Below, piece after piece: positions 32,101-39,422 of a DNA stretch of 64,000 nt. The notes under the pieces are model-generated. The model worked only from the letters and a program-made list of their open reading frames with translations. It did not search any database and was not told where the DNA came from. The stretch spans positions 48,320 through 112,319 of the forward strand of contig JBILLK010000033.1 in assembly GCA_044376115.1 (NCBI GenBank), given 5' to 3'. The translations under genes and the position numbers were made by a program. Source of the DNA: Polyangiaceae bacterium (lineage in GTDB: Bacteria; Myxococcota_A; Polyangia; Polyangiales; Polyangiaceae). Position 1 is the stretch's first letter. Every line of letters begins with the position of its first letter.

Positions 32101-34689
32101 CACATGACACGCGTCGCTGATTTGACGACCGACGGTCGTCAGAAGGTGGAGATGTACCACCGTATCGGACGCCAACTCGACGAGAAGCTCGGCGACCGCA
32201 TGGCAGCGCAAGAGAATTACGAGCGGGCCCTTGACCTCGATGGTTCTCACCAGCCCACACTTGCCGCGCTGAGAACGATCGCGGTGGACGCAGCCGACTG
32301 GGATCGCGCGGCACGCTACCTCGACTCGGAGCAACTCGTTACTGAGTCTCCGAGGTTGCGAGCGAAGCTGCTCGTCGAGTTGGGCAAGATGCGCCAGGAA
32401 ATGCTCGGTGAGCAGGAACAGGCGATGCTGGCCTACGAACTCGCGTTGCAATGCGACAGCGACAATGAGGATGCCGCGCTTCCGTTGATGCAGGAGTACG
32501 CCTCACGGTCGGAGTGGGAGCGTGCCGAACCACTGGCCGAGCTTCTCGTAAAGAAGGCTGGTAAGCGGGACCGTCACGAGCAGCATTCGCTGCAGAATAG
32601 CTACGGAAAGATCCTTGCCGCTCGCAAGAACTTCCCAGGAGCCCTCAAGGCATTCCAAGCCGCAGCACAACTGGATCTCACGAACCAAGAGACCATTCGG
32701 GGGTTGGCGGAGGTCTGCTTTGAACTCCAGGATTGGGCTGGAGCACTGACCAACTATCAGAAGGTGCTCACTTCGCTTGAGGAGCACGACACGGAACAGC
32801 GTGCCTTCGTCTACTTCCGGTTGGGTGCGATCAAGCAGGCCCAAGGGCAGCCGAAGCAAGCTATCAGCAACTTCGATAAGGCCTTGCAGGTTGAACCCTC
32901 ACATCAGCCCACGCTTGAGGCGCTCGTCGCCTTGTATGAGGGGGCCAAAGACTGGGTTCAGGTCTGTCACTACAAGCGCATCATCCTCGACAACGTCTAT
33001 GACGGCGACGTGCGGTTCAAGACGCTGGTCGAGATCGGCGACATTTGGGGCGACTCGGGTCGGGGTAAGAGCCCGAACAAGGCCATCGAGGCTTATGACG
33101 AAGCGCTCGGGCTACGAGCGGACGACCATGTTGTACTCCACAAGCTCCTCCAAGTTTGTACGGACGCGCAGCAGTGGGAGCGAATGAACGAAACGCTCGA
33201 GGCCATCGCCAAGCTCGAGCCAAACAAGATCAAGCAGAGCAAGTACTTCTTCACGATTGCGCAGATCTGGCGTGACAAGTTGTCTGATCCGGATCGAGCC
33301 GTGGAGTACTTCGACCAAGCGCTGGAGTTGAATCCTGCGTCGCTCGATGCGTTCGAGCGTATCAACAAGATTCTGACCTCTCAGAAGAACTGGAACGGCC
33401 TCGAGCGCGCTTATCGCAAGATGTTGCACCGCTTGGCGCAGTACCCCTCGGCCGAGCTGGGGGGCCAGCAGAAGGCCGATGTCGAGTTCAACCTCTGGCA
33501 CGCTCTCGGATTGATTTTCCGCGACCGTCTCAAGGACCCGACGCAAGCGCTTGGGGCCTTCCGAAAGGCCTCGAGCTTCCGGCCAGAAGACAAAACCGAG
33601 CACACGATCCTCTCGGAGCTGTACGAGGAGTCCGGCCAGATCGATCTTGCGATTGCCGAGTACCAGGCGCTCGTGCGCTTGGACCCGGTGGACGTTGGTC
33701 CCTATCGGCGCCTGTACGCGCTCTATCTCACCAAGCAGTCGTACGACGAGGCTTGGTGCCTGGCCGCTACTCTAACGTTCTTGAAGAAGGCCGGTGACGA
33801 CGAACGCCAGTTCTTCGAGGACTACCGACCGCAGGCGCTGCCCCAAGTCACGTCGCGAGTTGACAACAACTCCTGGCTAAAGAGGGTGTTCCCGACGGAC
33901 GAGAATCCTCGCGTGGGCAAGATCTTCGAGTTCATTGCGCCGGCGGCTGTTCGCGGCAGGCTCGAGCAAATGAAGGCGAAGAACGAGATCCCCGTGTTGG
34001 ACGCGAGGTTCCGTCAGGACCCTGCGACCAGTACGGTGACGTTCGCTCGCACGTTCGGTTGGGCAGCGAATGTATTGGGGCTCCCAGTCCCGCAGCTTTA
34101 CGTTCGCAGCGACGTTCCGGGCGCGCTATCTCACGTGCCGGTCGACCCGCCTTCGAGTCTTGCCGGCCAGACGGTGCTGAGCCGTCTGACGCCTCAGGAC
34201 TTGGTGTTCATTGTTGGTAAGCACGTCGCGTACTACCGAGGCGAACACTACATTCGGGCTATCTTCCAGACTGTCACCGAACTCACGGTGCTCTTCTTTG
34301 CGGGCATCAAGCTCGTGGCCCCTGAGCAACCCACTCCGCCAGACCTCTCGAAGCAGATCATTGAGACCGCCCGCTCGCTGGCCGTGTACATGCAGCCAGT
34401 TCAGCTCGAGGGCCTCAAGCTCGCTGTTCGAGATTTCATCCAAACGGACGACGCGAAAGCCAATATCAAGCGCTGGGCGCAGTGTGCTGAGATCGCGTGT
34501 ATGCGAGCCGGCTTTCTGCTGAGCGGCGATCTCGATACGGCCCTCAAGGTGATTTCGGCCGAGCAGCAAATGCCCGGCGACCTCACTCCTCAGGAGAAAC
34601 TGAAGGAGCTACTCGTATTCTCGGTGAGCGAGGACTACTTCAAGCTTCGCGCACAACTTGGGCTAGCGATCAAGGTCGCAGCTCAGTGA
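23101..34689 (+). CDS. gltI: Giant TPR protein GltI (AgmK)-like
   Basis: 3862 aa, no signal peptide, dozens of TPR-like repeats (A..YR.VLE.DP.N..AL.ALERLY); size and position in the glt cluster match GltI/AgmK. Confidence 0.75.
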   Translation: MELSARLSLLESVHDWQSLLEELERAIANTSDAEAKAGLHLQIGRVLDERFLQGVKALKHFQDAFKLNPALLEALERARGIYWELGKTAMVQKLLDIELRSAQGAEAVPLLLEQADVLCDGGDYERAAATYAKALGASEGTSDDARAGLEDTQLGEESWQAFVATLVQEAEEQTGSAASRSFLRAARIARRFGASSAEELFARAYDSSPLERQVAAVYEGLLVASERGADLVELQREFLERQSAKARAVASFRFGSRWATRHQQLETAATFFEESLSLDPTKDSALHFLKELYGVRDGNWDQALGLIEKAANSTAPSAFALATAGLTAWKQQGNLLRARVWFEKLAQLTPDHPAIPLFELQIGESVRGVPTTEADEVDLNVGELQSSEDMAASIEETSVVAPEELAEAIEPAAEADVVEAPVDVPSDVADEVLADDAAPTAGMEAEPPVEPEVTAPTASEQAAPVTPSVAAAVEPVVAPAPRSPEKTAQASDPAKVQELRQKLEKLQAAKRMTEYVKTLVELADCLDDPNEKVAAYLEAAELYTTKFPNAAEAVKCFEAVLAIDENNELAIEHLRATYEKRKDWEKLIRLMRREASVLEVGFDRSAKFAEIARLATERVKKPDVCIELWEEVLAGDPDNVEALNSLPGLYERNKEYGKLADVLERQVEITSDAQTQEATYKKLGQLYGERLGDDAKAVEAWRKLLALNPNDRSAQEALKKKYLALGMWDDLEVFYADSGKWDEFIRLLEAQEAKETEDAAKIGLLVKTAQLWVTQKGKLDRAARAYEKVLSLDPKHLGAAEALIPIYQQANNAKGLASAIEVKLSHDVDGEEKLLLLREVAGLYEGKLKEPERAFERYLAAFESAPTDERCVEDVERAAGVTKSWEALVGAYHRAIERASEDAERIGLRLRLGRVLTEETGEVEKALEQFRAVHEADPENTDAISALERLYRQTLNHAELLGIYEKKRDLASEPEARHSILASIAQLHVSELKNPRAGIDTYRQLLEENPQDPIALAALDGLYKDLEDWENYAEVLRARLELDNTEEQIVDLKYRLGSALEKHLGDPAGALANYREILFVDPANEPARAALETLLEHPELRAETASILQEIYESRGDWAKLIGSLEILAAAEEDQGRRVGLLRKVARVAAQNLQDLPAAIEAQARALRADPSDGDTLAELEQFAEQATAWDDLERILSEVAEGLADPALARAYWMRLASIDERLNKVDVAAERYLRVLTIDAADGEALAAMDALYRRTERWEDLIGVYRRRIDLAEAPQDREGLYSQMASVYEDKLGRPEDAIAAYRGVLELEPTSVVALTALDGLYTRQGRWVDLAENLEAHLQLAESDEEQTRLMLRLGDLRETRMGQVETSIDIYREVLERDPANEAALGALERLGQSPDHELPISEILEPLYRQSGDWQRLIGVYEVQVRRSEDPTRRVELLHQIASLYEDSGNLADQAFQSLSRALAEDPTSEDTKGSLERIARAEGWYAELAKVFEDRAASALVGGDPNAADEATAIGDPAVAVDLFTMAARIYENDLAAAEPAVLHYRKVLEIDPANLAAAESLERMFRGGEQYPELSAVLQHKAEILESMSDKKGALFQAASIEEDVLDRPDAAVVCYRKILELDAEDVRAVDALIKVHSARGEWASLLAAYVQKADLVNDPGEKKSIFYQIGAVHERELKDVPQAIDTYNRILEIDPADLAALARLDALYQSSENWAELLTVLQNQSELAADAEESIRYQYRIAELYEKRLADAPRAIELYRELLSQMPDHEPTLTALEGIKDSGKDAHAAALVLEPVYDAAGDWARLVSVLEVQVKHTEDVFGQVDLLHRIARLDEEMIGDHRAAFEVYARAVALDVTNEESLASFERLAMAVGSWPQVAQLYDAELSRLKSEQPERFVDLALRLAQIFETQLEDVDNAIGRYRAVVEVDSENWTAITSLDRLLVMVERWRELVPVLAREAEIGPTPDDILNFKFRLGQVHETRLADVPAAIQAYREVIAAAPEHAPTLEALEGLFAQGVHQLEIGEVLEPLYQSTGDWDKLTAVFEAELGQKTGREERLATYFRIAELHEERLISLDGALAVYIRSLKEFPSDEKTLDECERLGAASDGGWEALANAYADVLELHEDKPVQAAIGKRLARLFEEELGDISNAEKTYRYVLGIDPADVPALTELDRIYTSLEQWPELAQVIEQRIPATTDPMELTELHLRVGEVYEERLQDESGVGQLDDATRVFRRVFDELDPANENAINALERIYSQREQWPELKMVLDRQLEHASGDSAEADIRAKLANVLADKLNEPAKATDAWKRVLDLRGDDPEALHGLANLHERLGEWSELTEVLGRHFDIAEDDADRVSVLLRRARLFEGQLSRDDEALDDYHRVLDIEGDNLDALYAIAAIWRRRNDPAQLVETLDLTILRATEKLPPEHQIALFRELALTHQNVLGQSYEAVDAWRRLLAVDPRDFEAMSNLENLLRAEDRWEEVIEVKMGRAKALPTPEEQIREYLEVAALWEGAVQKADAATPAYEAVLALDPAHDQAFKALEKLHAAARRDEALIELFLARLDTRDETHEKTELLRKVAKVFDEGLEDKPQAFDALLTAFEMDVDDNETTKALEKVTQSTNKWPELVQQVNQWLTGEQVPSRKITLCLRLAKWYEDLNRPEYAQPYYAQVHKLDPNNVAVLRQMANFLKRSGNFQQQGQMLQQALANAVSDTDRKEILTEMGEVLHLKMNETEQGLSFYRRALEVDPHYVPALEQLEKHAVERGNNAELVDILSAKAKGLAEPDQVAATKLRVGGIYESTLGHPDKAAQAYREVLDADASNVLAMRGLERVHQQMQQWPELVSVLEMQLDVVATERERIEVLMKIAKIQEELFVKPDAAALRLEQVVEIDPNFEPALEGLARCYRQRRQWLDLNNTYDRHVNATSDRLKKVELWSAQAIVYSDELEDIDRAIDSYNNIVELDPQHIPALDALAKLYEKQGETDRAIEHMTRVADLTTDGRQKVEMYHRIGRQLDEKLGDRMAAQENYERALDLDGSHQPTLAALRTIAVDAADWDRAARYLDSEQLVTESPRLRAKLLVELGKMRQEMLGEQEQAMLAYELALQCDSDNEDAALPLMQEYASRSEWERAEPLAELLVKKAGKRDRHEQHSLQNSYGKILAARKNFPGALKAFQAAAQLDLTNQETIRGLAEVCFELQDWAGALTNYQKVLTSLEEHDTEQRAFVYFRLGAIKQAQGQPKQAISNFDKALQVEPSHQPTLEALVALYEGAKDWVQVCHYKRIILDNVYDGDVRFKTLVEIGDIWGDSGRGKSPNKAIEAYDEALGLRADDHVVLHKLLQVCTDAQQWERMNETLEAIAKLEPNKIKQSKYFFTIAQIWRDKLSDPDRAVEYFDQALELNPASLDAFERINKILTSQKNWNGLERAYRKMLHRLAQYPSAELGGQQKADVEFNLWHALGLIFRDRLKDPTQALGAFRKASSFRPEDKTEHTILSELYEESGQIDLAIAEYQALVRLDPVDVGPYRRLYALYLTKQSYDEAWCLAATLTFLKKAGDDERQFFEDYRPQALPQVTSRVDNNSWLKRVFPTDENPRVGKIFEFIAPAAVRGRLEQMKAKNEIPVLDARFRQDPATSTVTFARTFGWAANVLGLPVPQLYVRSDVPGALSHVPVDPPSSLAGQTVLSRLTPQDLVFIVGKHVAYYRGEHYIRAIFQTVTELTVLFFAGIKLVAPEQPTPPDLSKQIIETARSLAVYMQPVQLEGLKLAVRDFIQTDDAKANIKRWAQCAEIACMRAGFLLSGDLDTALKVISAEQQMPGDLTPQEKLKELLVFSVSEDYFKLRAQLGLAIKVAAQ

Positions 34690-34800
34690 ACGGCGCAGCT
34701 CCGTGAAAGCAAGGAGCCGGTGAGCCTATCGCACACCGGCTCCGCTGTCTGAAGGCTACAGAGGCTTGATTTTTCCGTCGTAAAGGGGACGATCCAAAGC

Positions 34801-36573
34801 GTGGCGTCGAACGCGAAGGTGGCCGTCTTGAGGCTGGTCCAAGAGGACCAACGTCGATTTGGCGAGCTGGACTTGCTCGCCAAGCTCGGTCACGGCGGTA
34901 TGGCAGACGTCTATCTCGCCGCCGTGCGAGCGAAGCCTTCCGAACTCGTCGTTCTAAAGCGGCTCAAAGAGGACCTTCTGGATGCCGAGCATCGGTCGAT
35001 GTTCGAGGATGAGGCGCGAATCATGCCTCAGCTCTCGCACCCGAACGTTGTTCGAACGCTGGAGTACCGCGCGCAGGAGGGCTGGCCCTACCTCGCAATG
35101 GAGTTCTTGGACGGGCTGCCGCTGGATCAGTGTTGGCAGGCGGTGGGGGACCTCGGGGAGGTCGCCGTTCGGCACGTCGTATGTGAGCTGCTCGAGGGGC
35201 TTCATTACGCCCACGAGTTGCGTTCTCCCGAGGGACAGCCGCTGGAACTGGTTCATCGTGACGTGAGCCCTCAGAACGTGTTTGTCACCTACGACGGTCG
35301 AGTAACGCTCGTTGACTTCGGTATAGCAAAGAGCCGCGGTCGGGCTCAGCACACGAGCACTGGCGTTGTGCGCGGCAAGCTTTCGTACATGGCGCCTGAG
35401 CAGGCTCTCTGCGACACGGTGGACCGTCGTGCCGACATTTTTTCTGCCGGCGTCGTGCTCTTCGAGCTTGCGACAGGGGCCCGCTACTGGGGCGGCTTGA
35501 ATGATGTGCAGGTTCTGAAGCGGATGACTTTTGGAGACCTGCCCAAGTTTGAGGAGCACCAGGCCAACCGCTTTTTGATGAACACAGCAACGGGTGAAGC
35601 GTTGGCAAAGGTACTCCAGGTTGCGCTGCAGGCACGGCCAGAGGACCGCTACGCAACGGCGCGTGAGTTTCGGCAGGCGCTTGCCGATGCCGTGCCCGGT
35701 ACGATTCGGAGAACGCAGCTCGGAGCTGCTGTTGAGACCGCCTCGCAAGGCTACCGTGAGGCGTTAAGGGCATTGGTAGACGAGCACCTGTTGCACGCTC
35801 GTGGAACGGCCGGGCTTGTCGGTGTCGACCCGCTGGCTCAATCCGGTGAACGAGCAACCGCACAGTTGGGTGACCGCGTGACCGGGTTGGCGTCAGCTGC
35901 GGTTGGGGAAGTCCAAGTCATCGAGGAAACGGCGCCAGGCTTCGAAGTAGAGTCGGGCGGTGCCTCGGCAGAAGATGGCAGCGCTGAGCTTCCGCAAGCA
36001 GCAGACTTGTCTGAGCCCAGCGGTGAAGCGGGCGAGGCGAGGCGCGAAACGAAGTCCTCGTTCGGAGGCAAGACGCTCATTCTCGGGGTGGCCTTCGCCG
36101 CTGCTGCTGCAACCGTGGTCACAGTCGTTGCTAACCGAACAGGCGAGCCGCAGCGTCCTGCGGCGAGCGCCCAAGCGCCTGCTCCCGACCTGGTGCGCGA
36201 TCAGCACATCGAGCTTAAGCTCGGCGCAACTCGAGAGGAAACAAGGGTCTTTTTGGATAACGCTCCGATCGACAAGCTTCCGTTTACCGGCAAGCTTCGA
36301 CGCGATGGTGCCGCTCACACGCTACGGGCGGAGGCCCCAGGGTATGTGTCGGAGTCGCGCATCGTGGTGTTCGATCGAGACGTTGACATCGTCTTTTCTT
36401 TGCAGCCAGAGCGCCCAGTGCGTGCAACGACGAGTGCCTCGTCGGCCGCTTCCAGTCCTAATCAAGTCCGCGTTGCGCCTCCTACAGTCGTGCCTCCCAA
36501 ACCGTCCTCGAACGGCGGGTTTGATTTGCGCACGCCGCCTTGGGGCGCTGGGCCAAAAGGACCGAAGAAGTAG
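34801..36573 (+). CDS. Membrane Hanks-type Ser/Thr kinase with PEGA-like extracytoplasmic domain
   Basis: LGHGGMADVY, VLKRL, HRDVSPQN, DFG, YMAPEQ; TM ILGVAFAAAAATVVTVV; VFLDN...HTLRAEAPGY. Confidence 0.92.
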   Translation: MASNAKVAVLRLVQEDQRRFGELDLLAKLGHGGMADVYLAAVRAKPSELVVLKRLKEDLLDAEHRSMFEDEARIMPQLSHPNVVRTLEYRAQEGWPYLAMEFLDGLPLDQCWQAVGDLGEVAVRHVVCELLEGLHYAHELRSPEGQPLELVHRDVSPQNVFVTYDGRVTLVDFGIAKSRGRAQHTSTGVVRGKLSYMAPEQALCDTVDRRADIFSAGVVLFELATGARYWGGLNDVQVLKRMTFGDLPKFEEHQANRFLMNTATGEALAKVLQVALQARPEDRYATAREFRQALADAVPGTIRRTQLGAAVETASQGYREALRALVDEHLLHARGTAGLVGVDPLAQSGERATAQLGDRVTGLASAAVGEVQVIEETAPGFEVESGGASAEDGSAELPQAADLSEPSGEAGEARRETKSSFGGKTLILGVAFAAAAATVVTVVANRTGEPQRPAASAQAPAPDLVRDQHIELKLGATREETRVFLDNAPIDKLPFTGKLRRDGAAHTLRAEAPGYVSESRIVVFDRDVDIVFSLQPERPVRATTSASSAASSPNQVRVAPPTVVPPKPSSNGGFDLRTPPWGAGPKGPKK

Positions 36574-36631
36574 CCGTCCCCTCGGGTCGCTGTGTTCTTC
36601 GGCGCTGGCTGAAGCTAGATTGGGCTAGTCC

Positions 36632-37639
36632 GTGCAGCCGTCTTTTCGTAGCCAACTTCACTCGCAGCCAACAAACTCTGCGTTGCGAGTCGTGTCAATG
36701 GTCGGCCTCGGACTGGCTCTGGGGTTTGGCTTGAGTGTCGCCCCTCGAGTTGCTCAAGCCGCCGGATGTGGGCAGGTGTCGAGCTCTGAGCCGACCGCAG
36801 AAGCGTTGGCGAGCTATGAGACGGCTGTTGCGCTTACCAAGGATGGCCGCTACCCGGAGGCTCTCGCCGCTTACAAACGTGCTCATGAGCTAAGCCCCAG
36901 CTACGTCATTCTCTACAATCTCGCAAAGGCAGCAGCCCTGAGTAGTGACCCTACACAGGCGCTCGAGGCCTATGAGTGCCATCTCGAATTGGGTGGCAGC
37001 GAGCTCGATGCCACGCGGAGGTCGGAGGTGCTCGCGGAGATCCAGCGACTGCGCGGCGAGGTTGCACTGCTCGTGATCGAGGTTGATCTGCCTGGAGTCG
37101 AGCTATTTGTAGATCAACGTCAAGTCGGTGTTTCCCCATTGCTTGAACCGGTGACGGTGAACCCAGGAAGCCGGTTGGTGCGGGCCAAAGGTGGCCGCAT
37201 GGAGACGCGTGCGGTGCAGATCGAGCGCGGGGGTCGGCTGGTCGTGACCTTCGATCTCGAGGCTGATGTTGCTCCACCACCGCTCGACCCGCCGTTTCGT
37301 TTTCCAGCTGGGGTGGTTGGCGCCTCGTGGATTGCGACGGGGCTCATTGGCGTAGGTGCGGCAGTGACCGGCGTGATGGCGCTCGCGACGTCGGAAGACG
37401 TTTCGAATGATCTTTACCTCGGCCCGCAGCGGACTCCGCTTCCTGGGTCTGAACTTGATTCGAAGATAGAGCGGGCGAACGCACTGGCCGTATCCACCGA
37501 TGTGTTGATTACGGTCGGCTCGATTGTTGGGGCTGCGGCCATCTCGTTCAGCATTGTCAATTCGCTGGGGGAGACGGCCACCGCTCCGCGCGTGAGTTTC
37601 TCGCCGGGCGGGTTGGTGTTCAGCGGGAGCTTTCGGTGA
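36632..37639 (+). CDS. Exported TPR + PEGA domain protein
   Basis: Signal (..VAQA), TPR (YPEALAAYKRAHEL..ILYNLA), PEGA (VELFVD..VGVSPL..VNPG), Gly-rich hydrophobic hairpin, terminal GLVFSGSFR. Start may be 36683 or 36698. Confidence 0.8.
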   Translation: MQPSFRSQLHSQPTNSALRVVSMVGLGLALGFGLSVAPRVAQAAGCGQVSSSEPTAEALASYETAVALTKDGRYPEALAAYKRAHELSPSYVILYNLAKAAALSSDPTQALEAYECHLELGGSELDATRRSEVLAEIQRLRGEVALLVIEVDLPGVELFVDQRQVGVSPLLEPVTVNPGSRLVRAKGGRMETRAVQIERGGRLVVTFDLEADVAPPPLDPPFRFPAGVVGASWIATGLIGVGAAVTGVMALATSEDVSNDLYLGPQRTPLPGSELDSKIERANALAVSTDVLITVGSIVGAAAISFSIVNSLGETATAPRVSFSPGGLVFSGSFR

Positions 37640-38976
37640 AGCGCCTCGGCTGGTCGTCGTTGGTGATGTCCTTGAGTTGCGCCTTGGTGGTCGAGCCGCA
37701 GCCGGGCGCAGGGATTGGCGCTTCGTGCGAGGCGAGTTCCGAGTGCCAAGCCGCAGAGTGCCTGGACGGTCTTTGTACCGTGCGCTGCTTCGAATCGGCC
37801 GGCTGCCCGGGCGGGACGCTGTGCGCGAACGAGGTCTGCCAGCTGCCGCTAAGCGCATTGGTGGTCGTTCCCTATGACACCGCTCAGGATGAAGTGGGCC
37901 AGGCTGTGGACCGCGGCGTAGTGCAGGCCGCCGAACAACTTGGCTACGTAGAGCCGGAGCTGGTCTCCAAATTGGAGTTGCCCAGTGCTACCTACGAGGA
38001 GGTTGAACAGCGGCTGGACCAACAGTTCTTCGACCTCGTGATCGTGGGGTCACCAGCTCTCTCTCCCGGCTCGTTGGAGACCGCCAAAGCGAACCCTGGG
38101 ACTACGTTCGTTGCTATGCAGCTCGATCCTGCAAACGCAGCAGGCAACCTAGTGTCGTTTGATGCTCGCAGCTATCAAGCCTACTTCCTCGCGGGTGTTG
38201 CAGCTGGGCGGCTCACCAATAGTGGGCGCCTTGGCTTTGTCGGCTCGACGCCCACGCCGCCATTCATCGCGAGCGTGAACGCGTTTGCCTTGGGCGCACA
38301 AGCGGGTCGTGGCGCGCCGATCACCCTGGAGCTTCGCTGGATGATGGGGCCTCACGACATGGGACTCAAAGTCGACGGCAAGTCGAAAGAGCGACGGGAT
38401 ACCGAGGAGATGGTTGCGGCTGGCGCAGACGTGATCGCTCACAACGTTGACAACAACATCCCGGTCTTCACCGTTCGTGATCTCAACGAGGCGGGCGCTT
38501 CTGTTCTCGCGGTGGCTAGTCACAAGCCAGAGGCCTGCGGAATCGTAGCCGCCGGGGATTGCGTTGGCGCGGTTGTGACCAATTGGACGCCGCTCTTCTC
38601 CCGCATCATCGATCTTGTGCATCGGGGTGAGCCTCCTTCTGGAAGTCTCTTGGAGCCAATGCGCACGAGCAACGCGGAGAGCGTTGTGCGTTTCGACCTT
38701 GGTACGGGCCTGGCCGGCGGTTCGAGTTTGGCCGCAGAGCTTGAGAGCTTGCGCGCCGAACTGGCATCTGACTCGGGCGTAGGTCGAGTCTTCGACGGGC
38801 CGATTCAGTCCACGGGCCAGTGCGAGTCGGCTAGCGGACTCCCGTCCTGTGTCGAGGCAGGAACGCGATTGAGTGATGAAGGGCTCGCGTCGATATGTTG
38901 GCTCGTCGCGGGCATCATCGATGAGACGGGCGCGCCAGCGATGGTGCCAGAGTCAGCGAGCTGTCCCGCTCCGTAG
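37636..38976 (+). CDS. BMP-family substrate-binding lipoprotein with N-terminal Cys-rich module
   Basis: GTG overlapping the upstream stop; lipobox LSC; 8-Cys module; YQAYFLAGVAAG, LGFVG, VNAFALGA, GADVIAH and NWTP BMP-type motifs. Confidence 0.78.
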   Translation: MKRLGWSSLVMSLSCALVVEPQPGAGIGASCEASSECQAAECLDGLCTVRCFESAGCPGGTLCANEVCQLPLSALVVVPYDTAQDEVGQAVDRGVVQAAEQLGYVEPELVSKLELPSATYEEVEQRLDQQFFDLVIVGSPALSPGSLETAKANPGTTFVAMQLDPANAAGNLVSFDARSYQAYFLAGVAAGRLTNSGRLGFVGSTPTPPFIASVNAFALGAQAGRGAPITLELRWMMGPHDMGLKVDGKSKERRDTEEMVAAGADVIAHNVDNNIPVFTVRDLNEAGASVLAVASHKPEACGIVAAGDCVGAVVTNWTPLFSRIIDLVHRGEPPSGSLLEPMRTSNAESVVRFDLGTGLAGGSSLAAELESLRAELASDSGVGRVFDGPIQSTGQCESASGLPSCVEAGTRLSDEGLASICWLVAGIIDETGAPAMVPESASCPAP

Positions 38977-39416
38977 TTGGACCAGGGAAAGAGCAGCAAA
39001 CGCACAAGCTGCTCATCGAGGCTCATCGCTCGCGCAACGTCTTCGGCTGCGCACGCAACTCTTGAGGTGCCGCGTGGTTGTCGCGGTTCGTTGGGAGCCC
39101 CTGTGAGCCCGCCCCGGAGGCTTCGATGAAAGGATGCCGCGACTGCAGCCCACAGCGGTACGGCCACGGTTTTGCTGTCGCCGTGGTTGTCGCTCAGCGC
39201 TATCTGAAGCTGATGATGGCGCCGCTCGAGTAGGTCTTGAGGCAAGCGGTCCAGTTCTTTGAGTGCGCCGGGAAACTCTGCACACAATTCACGAAAGAAC
39301 GTCCGCTCCGGGATCGGCTTTCCTGCGGCTCGCTCGCTGCGCAGGGTCAGAAGTGTTGCGTACTTCCAGGCGAGCCTGACGGCGACGTGGCGGTCCACTT
39401 CGACGAACGGCAACAT
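38805..39416 (-). CDS. Hypothetical protein
   Basis: ATG 6 nt after the epmA stop; KYATLLTLR...ELCAEFPGALKELDRLP looks protein-like; the 3' end overlaps the convergent BMP gene. Confidence 0.55.
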   Translation of the reverse strand: MLPFVEVDRHVAVRLAWKYATLLTLRSERAAGKPIPERTFFRELCAEFPGALKELDRLPQDLLERRHHQLQIALSDNHGDSKTVAVPLWAAVAASFHRSLRGGLTGAPNEPRQPRGTSRVACAAEDVARAMSLDEQLVRLLLFPWSNYGAGQLADSGTIAGAPVSSMMPATSQHIDASPSSLNRVPASTQDGSPLADSHWPVD

Positions 39417-39422
39417 GAGCGC

